A DNA stretch of 32,000 nt, from assembly GCF_001481685.1 (NCBI RefSeq), contig NZ_CP006867.1, positions 90,001 to 122,000 on the forward strand. Reading direction: 5' to 3'. The DNA comes from Ignicoccus islandicus DSM 13165 (GTDB lineage: Archaea > Thermoproteota > Thermoprotei_A > Sulfolobales > Ignicoccaceae). Positions 18,524 through 27,316 of this stretch are shown here, piece by piece. The notes under the pieces are model-generated. The model made no database searches. It was not told where the DNA came from and saw only the letters and a program-made list of their open reading frames with translations. Position 1 is the first letter of the stretch, and every line of letters begins with the position of its first letter. A program made the translations under genes and the position numbers.

Positions 18524-19183
18524 TTGCACAGAAGACCTCATAGGAGACATCACCCCCATTCCCCCCTATCTTGGCTTCAAGTGGTTAGAGTACTTGACTT
18601 CATGCCTCAAGGTAACCCTTTAGACCATCACGCTGAGCATAGGTCCAGGCCTTTCGCTCAAGCGTTAGATGAAACCAAGTTAAAGTTAATAGAATTTGGT
18701 GTAAAGGAAGGCTCGAGTTTAAAGATAGGCGAGAGGGTATCGTTCAGACCGCTGGATGAGAGGATCATTCCGAGAGTATATTTGATAAAGTACGAGGACC
18801 TCTCAACAGTAGCTCAAGAGAACCTTCCCGAGGTGCTTCGGAACTTCGTGAAGGATAACGAGAAGCTCTTCGTTACGTTCTTGAACGTTGCAAGCCCGAT
18901 AACCCTTAAGTTCCATGCATTAGAACTACTCCCTCATATAGGAAAGAAGACTCTCAAGCAAATACTTGAGGAAAGGGAAAGGAAGCCCTTTGAGAGTTTC
19001 GAGGACTTCGAGAAGAGGACGGGATATAAGGACATAGTTGAAGGCATTGTTGAAAGAATACTCAAAGAACTCCAAGGTGGTGAGAAATACTACCTGTTCG
19101 TCGAGCCTCCGCCTAGAAGCAATGCAGTGTTTCTGAATTACCTCGAAAAGGTGAGATCCATTGCGCGATCTGGTTCTAAGTGA
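18524..19183 (+). CDS. DUF655 family protein (helix-hairpin-helix)
   Basis: VLDFMPQGNPLD...SRPFAQALDE and ELLPHIGKKTLKQILEERERKPFESFEDFEKR; located directly upstream of ksgA as commonly in archaea. Confidence 0.85.
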   Translation: MHRRPHRRHHPHSPLSWLQVVRVLDFMPQGNPLDHHAEHRSRPFAQALDETKLKLIEFGVKEGSSLKIGERVSFRPLDERIIPRVYLIKYEDLSTVAQENLPEVLRNFVKDNEKLFVTFLNVASPITLKFHALELLPHIGKKTLKQILEERERKPFESFEDFEKRTGYKDIVEGIVERILKELQGGEKYYLFVEPPPRSNAVFLNYLEKVRSIARSGSK

Positions 19184-19925
19184 AATCGGAAAGCTTTCTT
19201 TTAGACCGAAGAAGTGGTTAGGTCAGAACTTCACGGTAGATCGAAGGATAATAGATTACTTCGTTTCCAACATCGAGCGATCTACTGAGGTCATAGAAAT
19301 AGGTACCGGTTTGGGTACGCTAACGCTAGCTCTAGCGGAGATATCTAAGCGCGTAATTACTATAGAAAGGGACGAGAGGCTTTGTAATTATTTAAAGAGG
19401 AAGTTGGAGAAGGTGAGTAACGTAACCTTAATTTGCGGCGATGCTTTGGAATATCCCTTTAATAAACCATGGGTTGTAGGTTCGATACCTTACAGCATAA
19501 GCGGACCCTTGCTAGCTAAGCTTTCAACGAGCTCTACGTGGGAGAAATCACTTCTATTACTTCAGAAGGACTTCGTTGATAGGATTACAGCGAGACCCGG
19601 TTCCAAAGATTACGGTAGACTAAGTGTGATGGTCCAATTGTGTTGCGAGATTGAAAAAGGTCCCGTGTGGCCCCCTAACTCCTTCTGGCCCCGGCCTCAA
19701 GTATTAAGTCAACACGTTCACCTCAAGAGGCTCGAGTCCGTACCAGAAGAGTTCTCCAAATTCCTTGCGTGTTTGTTTTCGCAGAAAAACAAGAAGCTAA
19801 GGAAAGTAGCGAGAAGTTGTGGGTTTGAATGGGACGACGATAGGAGAGTTAGAGAAGTGGAACCAAAGGAATTTCTACGCGTCTTTGAGAGAGTTTGGAA
19901 GTCAATCGACTTAATTGGGCCCTAA
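19161..19925 (+). CDS. ksgA: rRNA adenine dimethyltransferase family (KsgA/Dim1)
   Basis: KKWLGQNFTVDRRIIDYF, VIEIGTGLGTLTLAL, VITIERDERL, GDALEYPF, SIPYSIS, F(W)PRPQV. TTG start, 23 bp overlap with the DUF655 gene. Confidence 0.88.
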   Translation: MRDLVLSEIGKLSFRPKKWLGQNFTVDRRIIDYFVSNIERSTEVIEIGTGLGTLTLALAEISKRVITIERDERLCNYLKRKLEKVSNVTLICGDALEYPFNKPWVVGSIPYSISGPLLAKLSTSSTWEKSLLLLQKDFVDRITARPGSKDYGRLSVMVQLCCEIEKGPVWPPNSFWPRPQVLSQHVHLKRLESVPEEFSKFLACLFSQKNKKLRKVARSCGFEWDDDRRVREVEPKEFLRVFERVWKSIDLIGP

Positions 19926-19960
19926 CCTTTTATTTAATTCCGTGTATACATAGCTATTGA

Positions 19961-20377
19961 ATGGGGTCAAATTATATGTATTACAAAGAGTTCGACAATA
20001 TTGAAACAGCTATATCTTCTTGCAACGAATACTTAAACTCGTTAGAGATGGAATCTGAACTAATTGCTGGTGCCCTAGAGAAAGTTCAAGATGAGGGAGC
20101 GTACTTTCAGAAACTGAAGAAGGAATTAGGTGTAGAAGACAACAGAGCCATATTATTCAAAGAGATAGACGGCATTGAGGTTTATTTCGAACCTTCTCCG
20201 GAAGCCCTCGAAGAGGTCTTGAAGAAAAGGGCCGAGGTAGTGGAAAAAGAAATAGAAAAATGTAGGAAAGTATTATCAATCTTAGAAAGCATAAGGGAAA
20301 TTCCTTGGTCCTCCAATTTGAAAGTTACCATATTAATGGATCCAAGTGAGGCGAAACTTTTCTTCCGGACGAGGTGA
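19961..20377 (+). CDS. Hypothetical, predicted coiled-coil-rich protein
   Basis: 138 aa ORF rich in heptad-like K/E/L segments (EALEEVLKKRAEVVEKEIEKCRKVLSILESI). Confidence 0.6.
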   Translation: MGSNYMYYKEFDNIETAISSCNEYLNSLEMESELIAGALEKVQDEGAYFQKLKKELGVEDNRAILFKEIDGIEVYFEPSPEALEEVLKKRAEVVEKEIEKCRKVLSILESIREIPWSSNLKVTILMDPSEAKLFFRTR

Positions 20378-20383
20378 TAACCA

Positions 20384-21373
20384 ATGAAGCTCTCACCGGA
20401 ACTCGATAGGACATCCAGGATTTTCGTTGACACTCTTTCTCGACTTTACGTGCTTACGAACCTTCGATTCAAGGACCTCGTTAAATATAAGGCCATAGAA
20501 TTAATAGAGCGAGTTACCGGAAATTGCGTTGCCTTTCGCATACCATCGCTGGGTGGTTACGTGGTGTCTTGCCAAGGCGAAGTCGTTGCTGCATCCCTCA
20601 AAGATCCACCAGCCTTAGGGAGCCAAGCGATAGCGTTTCTAGGTGAAGAAGAGTTCGAGATTGTAATATATGAATTACCCCGGGAGAGTTTCGAGAAGGC
20701 TTTGAAACTGCTTGACGGTATAACGGTAAATGAGGAACAGTTAGAGGAATTCAAAGGGAAGCTAGCAGAGATACTCGAGAAAGTGCTCTCGAAGGAAGCC
20801 AAGTCCGAGGAGAAGGAAGCAATCGAAATTCCCGAAGTGATTTCCCAAGCCCCACCGCTAGAAGTACTTGATTTAATAGACCTCGTAACCATTTCGGACG
20901 AAATAGCCTATTTCTTGTCAAAGAACGGAATCGAGGCTGAGAGTCAGACGCCAGAAGAAGTGAACGGAATGATGGTGGCAGTCATAAAAATTAAGGAACC
21001 GTCCGTCGATCTAAGGAGCTTATTCGAAAAGCTCTACGAAGCGAGTAAGAGGGCCGAGTTAAAATCTCTACTAAAGGTCATTACGAGCGATGGGAGGACT
21101 TATTATTTCGATAGCGTAACTTACGACACGGTCTTGAAGATATTGGATCGCTTCGGAATAAACGAATCACCATTGCTGTATATAGAATCGAATGGCGAGG
21201 CCGTCCTCAATATAATCTTAGAATCGAAGATATGGCAGAACCTAATACCTCGAATGGTCGCATCTATAACGTCCGCCCTTTCAACGAGGAACTTTCCATG
21301 GAAAAGGACTTACGTGAAGGTAAGACTGGGTGATTTAGAACTCACTGGTGAAATAATTCCTCAATCTAAGTAA
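20384..21373 (+). CDS. Hypothetical protein
   Basis: 329 aa ORF 6 bp after the previous gene; no recognised family. Confidence 0.7.
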   Translation: MKLSPELDRTSRIFVDTLSRLYVLTNLRFKDLVKYKAIELIERVTGNCVAFRIPSLGGYVVSCQGEVVAASLKDPPALGSQAIAFLGEEEFEIVIYELPRESFEKALKLLDGITVNEEQLEEFKGKLAEILEKVLSKEAKSEEKEAIEIPEVISQAPPLEVLDLIDLVTISDEIAYFLSKNGIEAESQTPEEVNGMMVAVIKIKEPSVDLRSLFEKLYEASKRAELKSLLKVITSDGRTYYFDSVTYDTVLKILDRFGINESPLLYIESNGEAVLNIILESKIWQNLIPRMVASITSALSTRNFPWKRTYVKVRLGDLELTGEIIPQSK

Positions 21374-21375
21374 AG

Positions 21376-21951
21376 CTACTTGGAAAAGATACTCTTTATC
21401 TTTAGTATTAGTAAGGTTATGAAGCCCGGCTTTGAGCCGTCTGGTAATATGTATTTTCCGCACTTCGGACATTGCTTAATTGAAACGTCAGCTCCGCAAT
21501 TCCAACACCTCTTCACGTTGTAAGTTAAACTGCTTCCGCACTTCGGACACTTGTATACCTCGAAGGTTAGGTCTGCGCCACAGTGCTGGCAAATTATTCT
21601 GATGCCTTTCACTAAGTTTTCAATCAATTTTTCTATAAGTTTATCAAGTACGTAATCGTATTTTACGGTTAGTATGAATTTGTCGTAGGGGAAGATATAT
21701 ATTCTGTTAGTATTATCCTTTAGGAAAACCTTCATCCAAGCGGGGGTGCCAAGATCTACCTCTTTTGAAATTTGTTGGAGTTCCGTAAAGAGCGAGTGAG
21801 AGATTGCTGCTATGTATTCAGCTCCTTGTCTTTGAATCCCGGCAGCTTTGAAAGGGAGACCTTCACTGCTAACGGAAACGTAGCTTATGCCCCTTAGTTT
21901 ACTAACGCTGTCAACGAACTTACTTATCCTGTCTTCAGAACTCGAACTCAT
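21376..21951 (-). CDS. Roadblock/LC7-like domain fused to zinc ribbons
   Basis: N-terminal approx. 100 aa MSSSSEDRISKFVDSVSKLRGISYVSVSSEGLPF...YDKFILTVKYDYVLDKLIEKL resembles roadblock/LC7; then CQHCG, CPKCG, CWNCG, CPKCG. Confidence 0.7.
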   Translation of the reverse strand: MSSSSEDRISKFVDSVSKLRGISYVSVSSEGLPFKAAGIQRQGAEYIAAISHSLFTELQQISKEVDLGTPAWMKVFLKDNTNRIYIFPYDKFILTVKYDYVLDKLIEKLIENLVKGIRIICQHCGADLTFEVYKCPKCGSSLTYNVKRCWNCGADVSIKQCPKCGKYILPDGSKPGFITLLILKIKSIFSK

Positions 21952-22037
21952 AACTTAGTGCCCATTCGTCAATTACGTTCGGACCTAGTTAAATAATTAA
22001 CTTAAAATACGAAACGCGTAGATAGGGTAAGGAAACT

Positions 22038-22955
22038 ATGGAGGAATTAGTACGGAAACTAGAAGAACTTCGAAAGAAGAGAAGAGCTTTCATATTAGCA
22101 CACAATTACCAACTCCCGGAAGTTCAAGACGTTGCGGACTACGTTGGAGATAGCCTGGAAATGGCGAGGGTCGCCAAGGAAGTCGATAGCGACGTAATAG
22201 TAGTAGCCGGGGTTAGGTTCATGGCCGAAGTGGCCAAAGTCCTGAACCCAGATAAGGTGGTACTTCATCCGGAGCCAGCGTCCGGCTGTCCGTTGGCAGA
22301 CTACATGACGGTTGAGGTCATAAAGAGGTTCAAGGAACTGTACCCTAATGCCCCCCTTGTAACTTACGTTAATTCGCCGATAGAAGCTAAGGCGCTAAGC
22401 GATATAGTAGTGACCAGCGCCTCTGCGCTAAAGGTCGTCTCAAAGCTTGAAGACGAAGTAGTTCTCTTTGGTCCAGATAAGAACCTAGCTTGGTACGTTT
22501 CTCAACGAGTAGATAAGGAAGTGGTGCCCGTTCCTCCTTGGGGTAGATGTCCCGTCCACGAGTACTTGGTATCCCCCTATTACCTTAGGAAAGCTAAGGA
22601 GAAACACCCCGGTTGTAAGCTCTTGGTTCATCCGGAAGCGCCTCCAAAGAGTCAAGAAATGGCCGACTTCATAGGTAGCACCAGTCAAATGCTGAAGGCT
22701 ATAGGCGAGCTGGGGGCGGAGTGCTACATACTAGGTACAGAAGAGGGATTGAGCTATAGAGCGAGGAAGCTTTATCCGAATGTTGAGGTATATCCGCCGG
22801 ATAACAGGACGATATGTATAGATATGAAGAAAATTACCCTCGATAAAATAGTTAAGAGCTTGGAAACATTGAAACCTCAAGTTAAAGTAGACGAATCAAT
22901 AGCTAAAAGGGCCTTAGAGGCCATTGAGAAGGGATTGGAGCTAGCTACTAAGTAA
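22038..22955 (+). CDS. nadA: Quinolinate synthase A
   Basis: 305 aa with FILAHNYQLPEVQDVADYVGDSLEMAR, GVRFMAEVAKVLNPDK, PASGCPLADYM, VHPEAPP. Confidence 0.97.
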   Translation: MEELVRKLEELRKKRRAFILAHNYQLPEVQDVADYVGDSLEMARVAKEVDSDVIVVAGVRFMAEVAKVLNPDKVVLHPEPASGCPLADYMTVEVIKRFKELYPNAPLVTYVNSPIEAKALSDIVVTSASALKVVSKLEDEVVLFGPDKNLAWYVSQRVDKEVVPVPPWGRCPVHEYLVSPYYLRKAKEKHPGCKLLVHPEAPPKSQEMADFIGSTSQMLKAIGELGAECYILGTEEGLSYRARKLYPNVEVYPPDNRTICIDMKKITLDKIVKSLETLKPQVKVDESIAKRALEAIEKGLELATK

Positions 22956-23417
22956 ATTGCTCAGTAGTTCCCTAACGTTACCCAACAGCTTGTTCCTCTC
23001 CCCTAGAGTTTTGAACGAATACGCAACTTCTTGAGAGGACGAGAGCTTTGGAGGCCTAGTTCCTATGATCAAGGCCCTTTCAGTTACTATTTCGCAATCC
23101 AATAGAGGCGCGTAACTCGAACTTAAGTTCGTAATAACGAGGTCCCAAGGCCCCCTTACTTCATTGCATCTCCGTCTGACCTTTTCCTTTAGTTCAATTA
23201 GTTCCATTTCGTTCAAGTCCTTTACGTAACTATCGTATGGTTCTATTGTCTCATCGCACCTTATTAGACCGTATTTAGCGCTAAGTACGTAACAATGAAG
23301 GCCCATTTCCTCGGCTAGTCGGAATAGGTTCCTAACTGATCCCATGTAAATCTCTTTTGCGGGACCTCTGAAACTTCTTTTCCGCTTCGTGCAGTTGGTA
23401 ATCACCAATCCATTCAT
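22941..23417 (-). CDS. DUF6884-like protein
   Basis: LVITNCTKRKRSF, YVLSAKYGLIRCDETIEPYD motifs; 158 aa. Confidence 0.6.
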   Translation of the reverse strand: MNGLVITNCTKRKRSFRGPAKEIYMGSVRNLFRLAEEMGLHCYVLSAKYGLIRCDETIEPYDSYVKDLNEMELIELKEKVRRRCNEVRGPWDLVITNLSSSYAPLLDCEIVTERALIIGTRPPKLSSSQEVAYSFKTLGERNKLLGNVRELLSNLLSS

Positions 23418-23501
23418 ACGTACTTTCTACCCCCTTTAGTTAACTGGGCTGAAAAGTACTATTTTAAACCGGGGTAATATCCCAAATATGGAGAAGAATC
23501 A

Positions 23502-24125
23502 ATGGAAATCAATCTATTTAATGACTATGAAATTTTCAATAAAGTTTTCAACGAGTTACTGAAGGTCGATGAAGGTAAGGTAACGCCGGAGGAGGCGGAG
23601 GAAGTAATTAAGAAGTACTTAGCTAACGTTAAAGTAAACTGCATGAAAATTAGGATGATCAGGTACCAAGCCAGAATTTCTCTAGATTATAAGTTAGCGT
23701 ACGACGCGGTAGTTCAATCGATTATTGAGGAACTAGTTAAGATATTCAAGTCAGTGAGCAACCCCCCCCCCATAGACGTTAATAAAGAAAGCGAGATCAA
23801 TAAGCTTAGGAAGCTCTTATACAATATACTGAACGATCTCTTTCAATGCGTTATAATGACTGTGGGATCACCTAAGAAGATATGGGAATACGTAGAAGAC
23901 CCTCGTAAAAGGAAATTATTGGATGAGATATGTGTTTTCCCTACTCTAGTAAATTACATATATCCGTCTTATAAGGACGGGTTCAAGCGGTTAACCTTAA
24001 CCCTATATATACTATTAGCTGTAATATTCTATGCAAATAGGAAATGCTTGGAAGACGTCAACGTTCACGAAATGAGGCTAGCTGAGTTATTGCCCCTTCT
24101 TGCGATTACGCTTGAGGGAAGGTGA
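23502..24125 (+). CDS. Hypothetical alpha-helical protein
   Basis: 207 aa ORF closely spaced (3 bp) before rtcA; contains a C10 tract. Confidence 0.6.
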   Translation: MEINLFNDYEIFNKVFNELLKVDEGKVTPEEAEEVIKKYLANVKVNCMKIRMIRYQARISLDYKLAYDAVVQSIIEELVKIFKSVSNPPPIDVNKESEINKLRKLLYNILNDLFQCVIMTVGSPKKIWEYVEDPRKRKLLDEICVFPTLVNYIYPSYKDGFKRLTLTLYILLAVIFYANRKCLEDVNVHEMRLAELLPLLAITLEGR

Positions 24126-24128
24126 AAC

Positions 24129-25193
24129 TTGATAGAAATAGACGGATCCTTTGGAGAGGGAGGAGGTCAAATACTTAGAACGTCAGTTGCCCTCTCTGCT
24201 GTAACCTTGAGGCCCGTTAGAATATACAATATCAGAGCGAAGAGGAAGAACCCAGGACTTAGGAGACAGCACTTCACTGCTGTCAAAGCGTTAGCTGAAA
24301 TGACCGATGCCGAGGTCGAGGGACTCTCCGTAGGCTCTATGGAACTCACTTTTAAACCTAAGAGATTGAAGGGTGGGAAGTTTAGATTCGATATAGGTAC
24401 AGCCGGCAGCGTTAGCTTAGCCCTCCAAGCTATAACCCCCGTGACGGTCTTCGCTCCTTCTAGCGTTTCAGTGAGCTTGAGGGGAGGTACTGACGTTCCC
24501 ATGAGCCCTCCCATAGACTACCTACGCTTCGTTTACTATCCGATACTCTCTAACTTTGGTTTCAAAGCCGAACTTTACCTAAAGAAAAGGGGACACTATC
24601 CGAAGGGTGGGGGAGAGGTCGAGTACGTTGTAAGGAACCCTCCACGAGAATTAAGCAATTGGGGTAGCGTACACCGAGGAGAAGTCTTAAAGGTAAGGGG
24701 TCTATCCCATTGCGTGAAGCTCCCGAAACACGTGGCTGAGAGGCAAGCTAAGTCGGCCATAGAGTTCCTCAAGTCTAAAGGATTCGATAAAGTTGAGATA
24801 GACCTCGAGTGGTATCCACCGGATAGAGATCCCCATCTGGGGCCCGGGAGCGGTATCGTACTATGGGCTATAACCGAGAAGAGTTTGTTAGGAGGAGACT
24901 CCATAGGAGCTAGAGGTAAGAGGGCTGAAGTAGTAGGTAAGGAAGCAGCCGAGAAACTTTACGAGGACTTAAGTACGGGTATGGCTTTGGATAGGCACAT
25001 GAGCGATATGATACTGCCCTTCTCAGCGCTCTCGTGTGGTGAAGCTCAAATAGGCGGTTCCAAGTTGACTATGCACGCTTGGACCCATATTCATGTAATA
25101 AGGAAGATTCTCCCAGAGGCACGGATGGAGTTAAACGGTGAGTTGGGGAAACCGTTCAAACTAAAGGTTCAAGGAGCGTGTTGGAAGGTTTGA
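24129..25193 (+). CDS. rtcA: RNA 3'-terminal phosphate cyclase
   Basis: 354 aa with DGSFGEGGGQILRTSVALS, AGSVSLALQAI, RGGTDVPMSPPIDYL, HMSDMILPF. TTG start with GGTGA upstream. Confidence 0.96.
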   Translation: MIEIDGSFGEGGGQILRTSVALSAVTLRPVRIYNIRAKRKNPGLRRQHFTAVKALAEMTDAEVEGLSVGSMELTFKPKRLKGGKFRFDIGTAGSVSLALQAITPVTVFAPSSVSVSLRGGTDVPMSPPIDYLRFVYYPILSNFGFKAELYLKKRGHYPKGGGEVEYVVRNPPRELSNWGSVHRGEVLKVRGLSHCVKLPKHVAERQAKSAIEFLKSKGFDKVEIDLEWYPPDRDPHLGPGSGIVLWAITEKSLLGGDSIGARGKRAEVVGKEAAEKLYEDLSTGMALDRHMSDMILPFSALSCGEAQIGGSKLTMHAWTHIHVIRKILPEARMELNGELGKPFKLKVQGACWKV

Positions 25194-25281
25194 GCAACCG
25201 GGAGTAACGCCCGAGCACCTCATTGTCCCTCTTCCCGAGGGCCTCCGCGGGCTTCTCGGACTAACCTTCGGAGAGGAGCGT

Positions 25282-26265
25282 TTAAACGTTAGGTATGCAT
25301 TTCTTACAACACTTAAACGAACCCTTCTCCTTCCACGAAACTTCGTCGTAAACCTTCCCGTAGAGTATTCCGCCTTTCCACGTCCCTTTCTGGTAGAAGG
25401 CGTTGTGGTGATAGTGGTAAACTTCCAGTGCGCTCAATGTCGAATAGGCCGTTTCTGGTCTGACCCTGACGATGACCGACTTGTTTTCCCAAGAAATGCC
25501 TACGTAGTGTTCTACGAGCTCTCCTATGAAATTCTCTATAACAAATACTAGTTCGGATTTCCATTTCAATTCCCATACTCTTCTTTCGCCCTTTATTCCG
25601 TCCGTTTTCTCTTCCGATTCCTCGCACGTTCCTAAGGGCTTCCTCAGTTGAGGTCTCCATACGTTCAGTACTTTAACGTCGCTTCCCCTCATTTGAGGTT
25701 CTACGAAGAGCTTAGCTAGAGGTAGCACTGTCGTTACTACTCTATCAATTACCTTAGAGGGGCTCTCTTGGGCCCTTTCTATATCTCTTAGCGCCCTTCG
25801 CGCTAACAACAAGTGAACGGGGCTTTCGACGCTTATTTTCAACTTACAAAGCTCGTTAAGAGGACCGTAAGACGCGAATATACCTTCTATTACCAACGGC
25901 CTCTTTAACTTTCTCTTATTATATCCAATCCTTCGGGAGAGAGTCATGTCGTAAACTGGTACGTTAACCTCTGTCTCTCCTCTAAGAGCATCCCTTACGA
26001 CCTTTAACAATAGCTCCCAATCCAGTAAAGCTGGATGATCGAAAGTGGAGAGAACGGAAGCCATCTTCTCGGCATCTGGTAAATAGAAATCGTCCGTGCT
26101 TAATACGCTTCCGTCCAATAGCTCAGCGATGTTGGTAGCGAGAGTACTCTTTCCAGAAGCGGACGGACCTACTATGCATATAACGTCTTCTTCATTGATG
26201 ACGTTAGCTACTACCTTGGCCGCTTCCCTTAAATCGGAGGTCTCAATCGAAATGCGCATTTTCAA
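25282..26265 (-). CDS. P-loop kinase, uridine-kinase-like, with extra C-terminal region
   Basis: IVGPSASGKSTLATNIA, STDDFYLP, FDHPALLDWELL, VPVYDMTLSRR; C-terminal segment with HYHHNAFYQ and CCKKC. Confidence 0.75.
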   Translation of the reverse strand: MKMRISIETSDLREAAKVVANVINEEDVICIVGPSASGKSTLATNIAELLDGSVLSTDDFYLPDAEKMASVLSTFDHPALLDWELLLKVVRDALRGETEVNVPVYDMTLSRRIGYNKRKLKRPLVIEGIFASYGPLNELCKLKISVESPVHLLLARRALRDIERAQESPSKVIDRVVTTVLPLAKLFVEPQMRGSDVKVLNVWRPQLRKPLGTCEESEEKTDGIKGERRVWELKWKSELVFVIENFIGELVEHYVGISWENKSVIVRVRPETAYSTLSALEVYHYHHNAFYQKGTWKGGILYGKVYDEVSWKEKGSFKCCKKCIPNV

Positions 26266-26280
26266 TTAAACCCATCGAAG

Positions 26281-26673
26281 CTATATACCTCTCCTTAAGT
26301 ACTCCCCGAAGTCAAGCAAGTTCTTGACGTTTCCTTTAATTAGCTTCCCTAGTCCCAATAATACGCCTTCCCAGAAAACTAAAACGAAACCGCTTTTGCA
26401 AGGCCTCCTAACTAGTCTATAGGAATCTTTAAATAGGTCCCTTCCATATAAGAATAGCATTGCCTTTCTCTCCTCTTTTACCTCTATTAAGCCTCGCTTG
26501 GCGGTCCGCGATAACAACCAGATCCCTCCCGGCGTCACTTCGCCTTCGATTTCCACCGGGAAATGACCTCCGTCTATATAGGAGGCATAAGTTACCTTTC
26601 CTTCACGATGGAAGTTTAAGTAGTCAACCTTGGAGTCCAAACATTCCTTCAAAAACCAGAAAGACGGTCTCAA
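26281..26673 (-). CDS. Hypothetical, stand-alone PUA-like domain
   Basis: C-terminal VFWEGVLLGLGKLIKGNVKNLLDFGEYLRRGI resembles the end of PUA domains. Confidence 0.45.
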   Translation of the reverse strand: MRPSFWFLKECLDSKVDYLNFHREGKVTYASYIDGGHFPVEIEGEVTPGGIWLLSRTAKRGLIEVKEERKAMLFLYGRDLFKDSYRLVRRPCKSGFVLVFWEGVLLGLGKLIKGNVKNLLDFGEYLRRGI

Positions 26674-26698
26674 AGGTCCTCGGCCCTCACACGGGTCA

Positions 26699-27316
26699 TC
26701 ATTCTTCAGTGCCGGTGATCCTCTTCACAGGACCCAGTACTTTCTTATAGAATATGAATTCTTGAAGTTTGTTTAGAACGTTAGACACGTAGTCTATCTT
26801 CCTCCTGAGTTCGTAATCGCGTGGATTAACGTGTAACATGAACACGTATATCTTCTCTATCGCGTCCCTTATCTTTTCGGCCTCTTCGATCTTTCCTTCT
26901 ATAAGGTAATCGGTAGCCAGCCTTAACATCTCCCCTGCAGAGTCCATGACACCAGCTACGTACTCTTGAACGCTAACGCCTATTTCCTCTGCTCTCGGTA
27001 TTTCGCCTTTAGTAACGAAGTAATAGAGGGCAAGCGCTTCCACGTATTCTTGATCTGCGGTCGATACTATGTTTACCGAGGCCAATTTCAAGTTGTCTTT
27101 AATGAGATCGTATATTTCGGCCCTCATCTTCTCTATATCATCTAAATAGGACTTCGCTTTATCGTACTCCTTTCTCCTTATCGCATATATACACAACTTG
27201 CTGTTCTTTATTATCTTTCTAGAAAGATCGTAAACCTTGTCCTTTAAATCGTCGTACTCGTCTAACTTCTTAGATAGTTCTTCTGCGTAATCTAAGTTCA
27301 GGACCATTGGTCTCAC
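26699..27316 (-). CDS. Translin family protein
   Basis: 205 aa all-helical protein with QEYVEALALYYFVTKGEIPRAEEIGVSVQEYVAGVMDSAGEMLRLA, typical of archaeal translin. Confidence 0.88.
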   Translation of the reverse strand: MRPMVLNLDYAEELSKKLDEYDDLKDKVYDLSRKIIKNSKLCIYAIRRKEYDKAKSYLDDIEKMRAEIYDLIKDNLKLASVNIVSTADQEYVEALALYYFVTKGEIPRAEEIGVSVQEYVAGVMDSAGEMLRLATDYLIEGKIEEAEKIRDAIEKIYVFMLHVNPRDYELRRKIDYVSNVLNKLQEFIFYKKVLGPVKRITGTEE

